A model generated the notes under the pieces. That model was not told the origin of the DNA, did not search any database, and worked only from the letters and a program-made list of their open reading frames with translations. This document shows, in pieces, positions 61,284 through 64,000 of a DNA stretch of 64,000 bases. How positions within the stretch are numbered: position 1 is the stretch's first letter; each line of letters begins with the position of its first letter. This DNA is from the human T2T-CHM13v2.0 reference genome, Homo sapiens. A program made the translations under genes and the position numbers. The DNA lies in assembly GCF_009914755.1 (NCBI RefSeq), contig NC_060926.1, one strand, 5' to 3'.

Positions 61284-63921
61284 ATTGCATTCTTCAGACA
61301 ATATTTTACACCCTGAGTGTCTTTCCCCACTGGTTTCTTGGCTCTGTTGGGTATGTCAAGAATGACCCAATTCCTACAATTAACGTTCACACTGCAACCT
61401 TTCAAAGCCAAGGATATAGTAGTCACGAAAGCTGATAATAGAAGCAGGATTCTCTGGTGCTTCCTCAGAAAACAGAATCCATCTGCCCCTAAAGTATGGG
61501 CTATCTAACCATGTGGCCCTCAGTCCTGTCTGGAAGCTTAGGGGCGGGGGTGCTGATGCTCTCAGCTTCCTACAGCATCTTTCCAGGTGTTTCTCCAGTC
61601 CTCATCCCTGTCCCTGTGTCTAGACGTCTTAGGTACCAATGGAGAATATTGAGTCATCCTTTTCTGACTTCCAAATCTCATGGAAGGACCTCTTATTGGG
61701 CAACTCTATGGGACAAAAGAGAGGCAAAAAGGGATATTTATGTAAGTTAAAATGAATTTTCTCCCATGAGGCCATTTAAGTATATTATATTTAAAGCCAC
61801 GTGTTGAAAACACATCCAGCTTCAGTTTCTTATTAATGCAAATTTACATTTGCAAATATTTTCAATACTGTAAGTTGGAATCATAGTTATTTGTCCATGG
61901 ATGATCAAACACCTCTATAATTAAGTGGAGTGAACATTTTCTTAAAAATTTGTACTCACTGAAATAAAGGAATATATTTAAAATGTGTGAAGCTATGTTA
62001 GAAATTATTGGACTTAAACTCAACTGTGCAGTTTGGTTTGGGATGTTGTTCACTCTTGTGACCTGCCAGAAGAATCTTGAGTCATGGGTAGTCACTGCCG
62101 TTCAGCCTTGTCCTGAGACAATTAATATGTATAGGCTGAAGACCAGCTCAGTGCCATGCAGAGAAACCACTTACCTGAGCCCTTCCTTGATCGGCCAGAT
62201 GATTGTGAACATGAGCACCCATGAACATGAAAACATGTTTATTGTTTTCTGTCACTGAGTTGTGTATTTAGCCAGTTACCAATCATTAATGCATAAAAGC
62301 TTCCTGATACAGTATTTACACCTCTACCTATATATACACACATGTATTTTTTCTTAAATTGGTGGTATAAATGTGAATATTTAGTAATCAAATTATAAAG
62401 TTATTAAAAGAAAATTAATGACAAAATTAAAACTAATATTTCAATAAAAAATTAAAATTTACCTTATTTGTGGAAAAATGTGCATAAATGTATGTAAGAT
62501 ATGTACAAGTAAATATATATTTGTTAAAATGGCTACAATATATATAGTATTTATGTTTAATTGTGTTTCTTCTATTATATATGCAATATAAGCCTATTTG
62601 TAAAATTATTATCTACATTGAATACATTTAAATAATTTTTGTTACATTCCATAAAAAATTGTATTCTGGACCACAAATAGTTCATACTCTTGCTACAGAA
62701 AATTTATTGGTAGCCTTTATTTTTAAAACTCTACCAAATGGTTGTCCTTACACGAAAATATTTTTCCAACCCAGTAGAGCTCCAAGGGTAGGACTAGAAG
62801 AAATTTTGACTAACGTTGAATATTAACCATTGCATCCTATGAAAATCTCCATTAAGTTCATGCCCACAATGATGATATGCCAAATAGAGTCCTCACAACA
62901 ATGGATGCTGGATGGAGTCACATCAGTGCCATTGTCAAGGAAGCCCTGGAAATGTAAAAATCCTAACCGTGGGTAATCTGTAAGGTTACATCTGATGATC
63001 CCATTGCAAAGAGAAGAGGATTTTAATAATATTGGCTGTTGGTTTTGACAGATCATCAGGCCTTAAAAGAAACACAACAGGATGATTGCAGACAAAGCCA
63101 TTCTGGAAGAGCTATGATGAGATGTTTCAAAAATGAGCCACAATCCAAAAAAATGCTTTCCAAGTGAGTATTAATCAAAATGCCATTAATGAGCAGGGGG
63201 CTTTTAATAATGAGGATGATTCAACACATGGACTTCAGTCAGTCAGCTTTCCCAGCTTCCCCAGGGAGTATCATGAACCAATGTTATGGAGGTCCCTGTG
63301 GGGACTCAATAATATGACTTTCAACTAACTGAGACCTACAGGGCTACCGGCTTTTCTGAACATCTAATTTGTCAAGAAGAACCCCTAACATTGTATGATA
63401 CATCAGGGCTCAGACTAACAGCTTGTATTAGGTGATACTAGTGGACCTCAGGTAACATAAGGAAAGCACTGGTTATTTTCCTATATATGAATTTGCCATT
63501 CTTATCGGTTATGTTTCTGCATAAAATATTATTTGAGGATTTTCCAAGTGCTTTCATCAGAATCAGGAAATTCTTCCATAAAATGGCTTTGGATCAAGCA
63601 AGTTATTTACCTCAAAAAAGAAGAGCGAAGTGTAGCTTATGATCTTGTCTTGTGCACAGGTGCAACTTTCCCTATAGACAGGGAAAAACCCATTATTAGT
63701 CAAGCAAAGCTGTCACACAAACCCTTGTGCTGTTGAATTACTATACCATCAGAAGTGGTGGAGGCTCTGAAACATTAACTGTGATGGGTGCTTTTACTCC
63801 CTTAAACAGAATATATATATCTTGAAAATGAGCTGTAGACTTACCATTGTTAACGCCAACTGAACAGCTTGAAATACTCTATTTCTGTTTTCTCAGGGCT
63901 GTGGTTTTCTGGTTGATGGTT

Positions 63922-64000
63922 CTTTTTTTTTTTTAAGACGGACTCTCACTCTGCTGCCAGGCTGGAGTGCAATGGCGCCATCTCGGCTTCACCGTAACCT
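63922..64000 (-). mobile_element. Alu, cut by the window end
   Basis: Poly-T, then agacggactctcactctg...ggctggagtgcaatggcg. Confidence 0.85.

Noticed and set aside
1-64000. CRISPR arrays, rRNA/tRNA genes, J or C segments, rearranged V-J joints
   Set aside because: None seen; every V gene retains its germline RSS.

Overview
Human (or great-ape) genomic DNA from the distal, duplicated V cluster of the immunoglobulin kappa locus (IGK), in germline (unrearranged) configuration. Six V-kappa genes lie on the + strand, each with a leader exon, intron, V exon and 12-spacer RSS, in the known distal order IGKV1D-13, IGKV1D-12, IGKV3D-11, IGKV2D-10 (pseudogene), IGKV1D-42 (open frame, defective signals) and IGKV1D-43. 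The intergenic DNA is a mosaic of duplicated units and transposons (ERV LTRs, ERVL-type proviral remnants with env traces, L1, Alu, MIR/L2, Tigger elements). The main unexplained structure is a highly decayed V-kappa relic on the - strand, placed head-to-head upstream of the V-kappa-1 genes (three copies plus a leader-only remnant). Each copy keeps a perfect CACAGTG heptamer and a GCACAAACC nonamer with an 11-bp spacer. Also seen: a CTCF-consensus motif kept in two units and deleted in the third, an exactly mappable duplication junction, a probable promoter gene-conversion tract and a 104-bp templated insertion. All alignments were done by eye; repeat family names are recalled from consensus sequences, and repeat boundaries are approximate.
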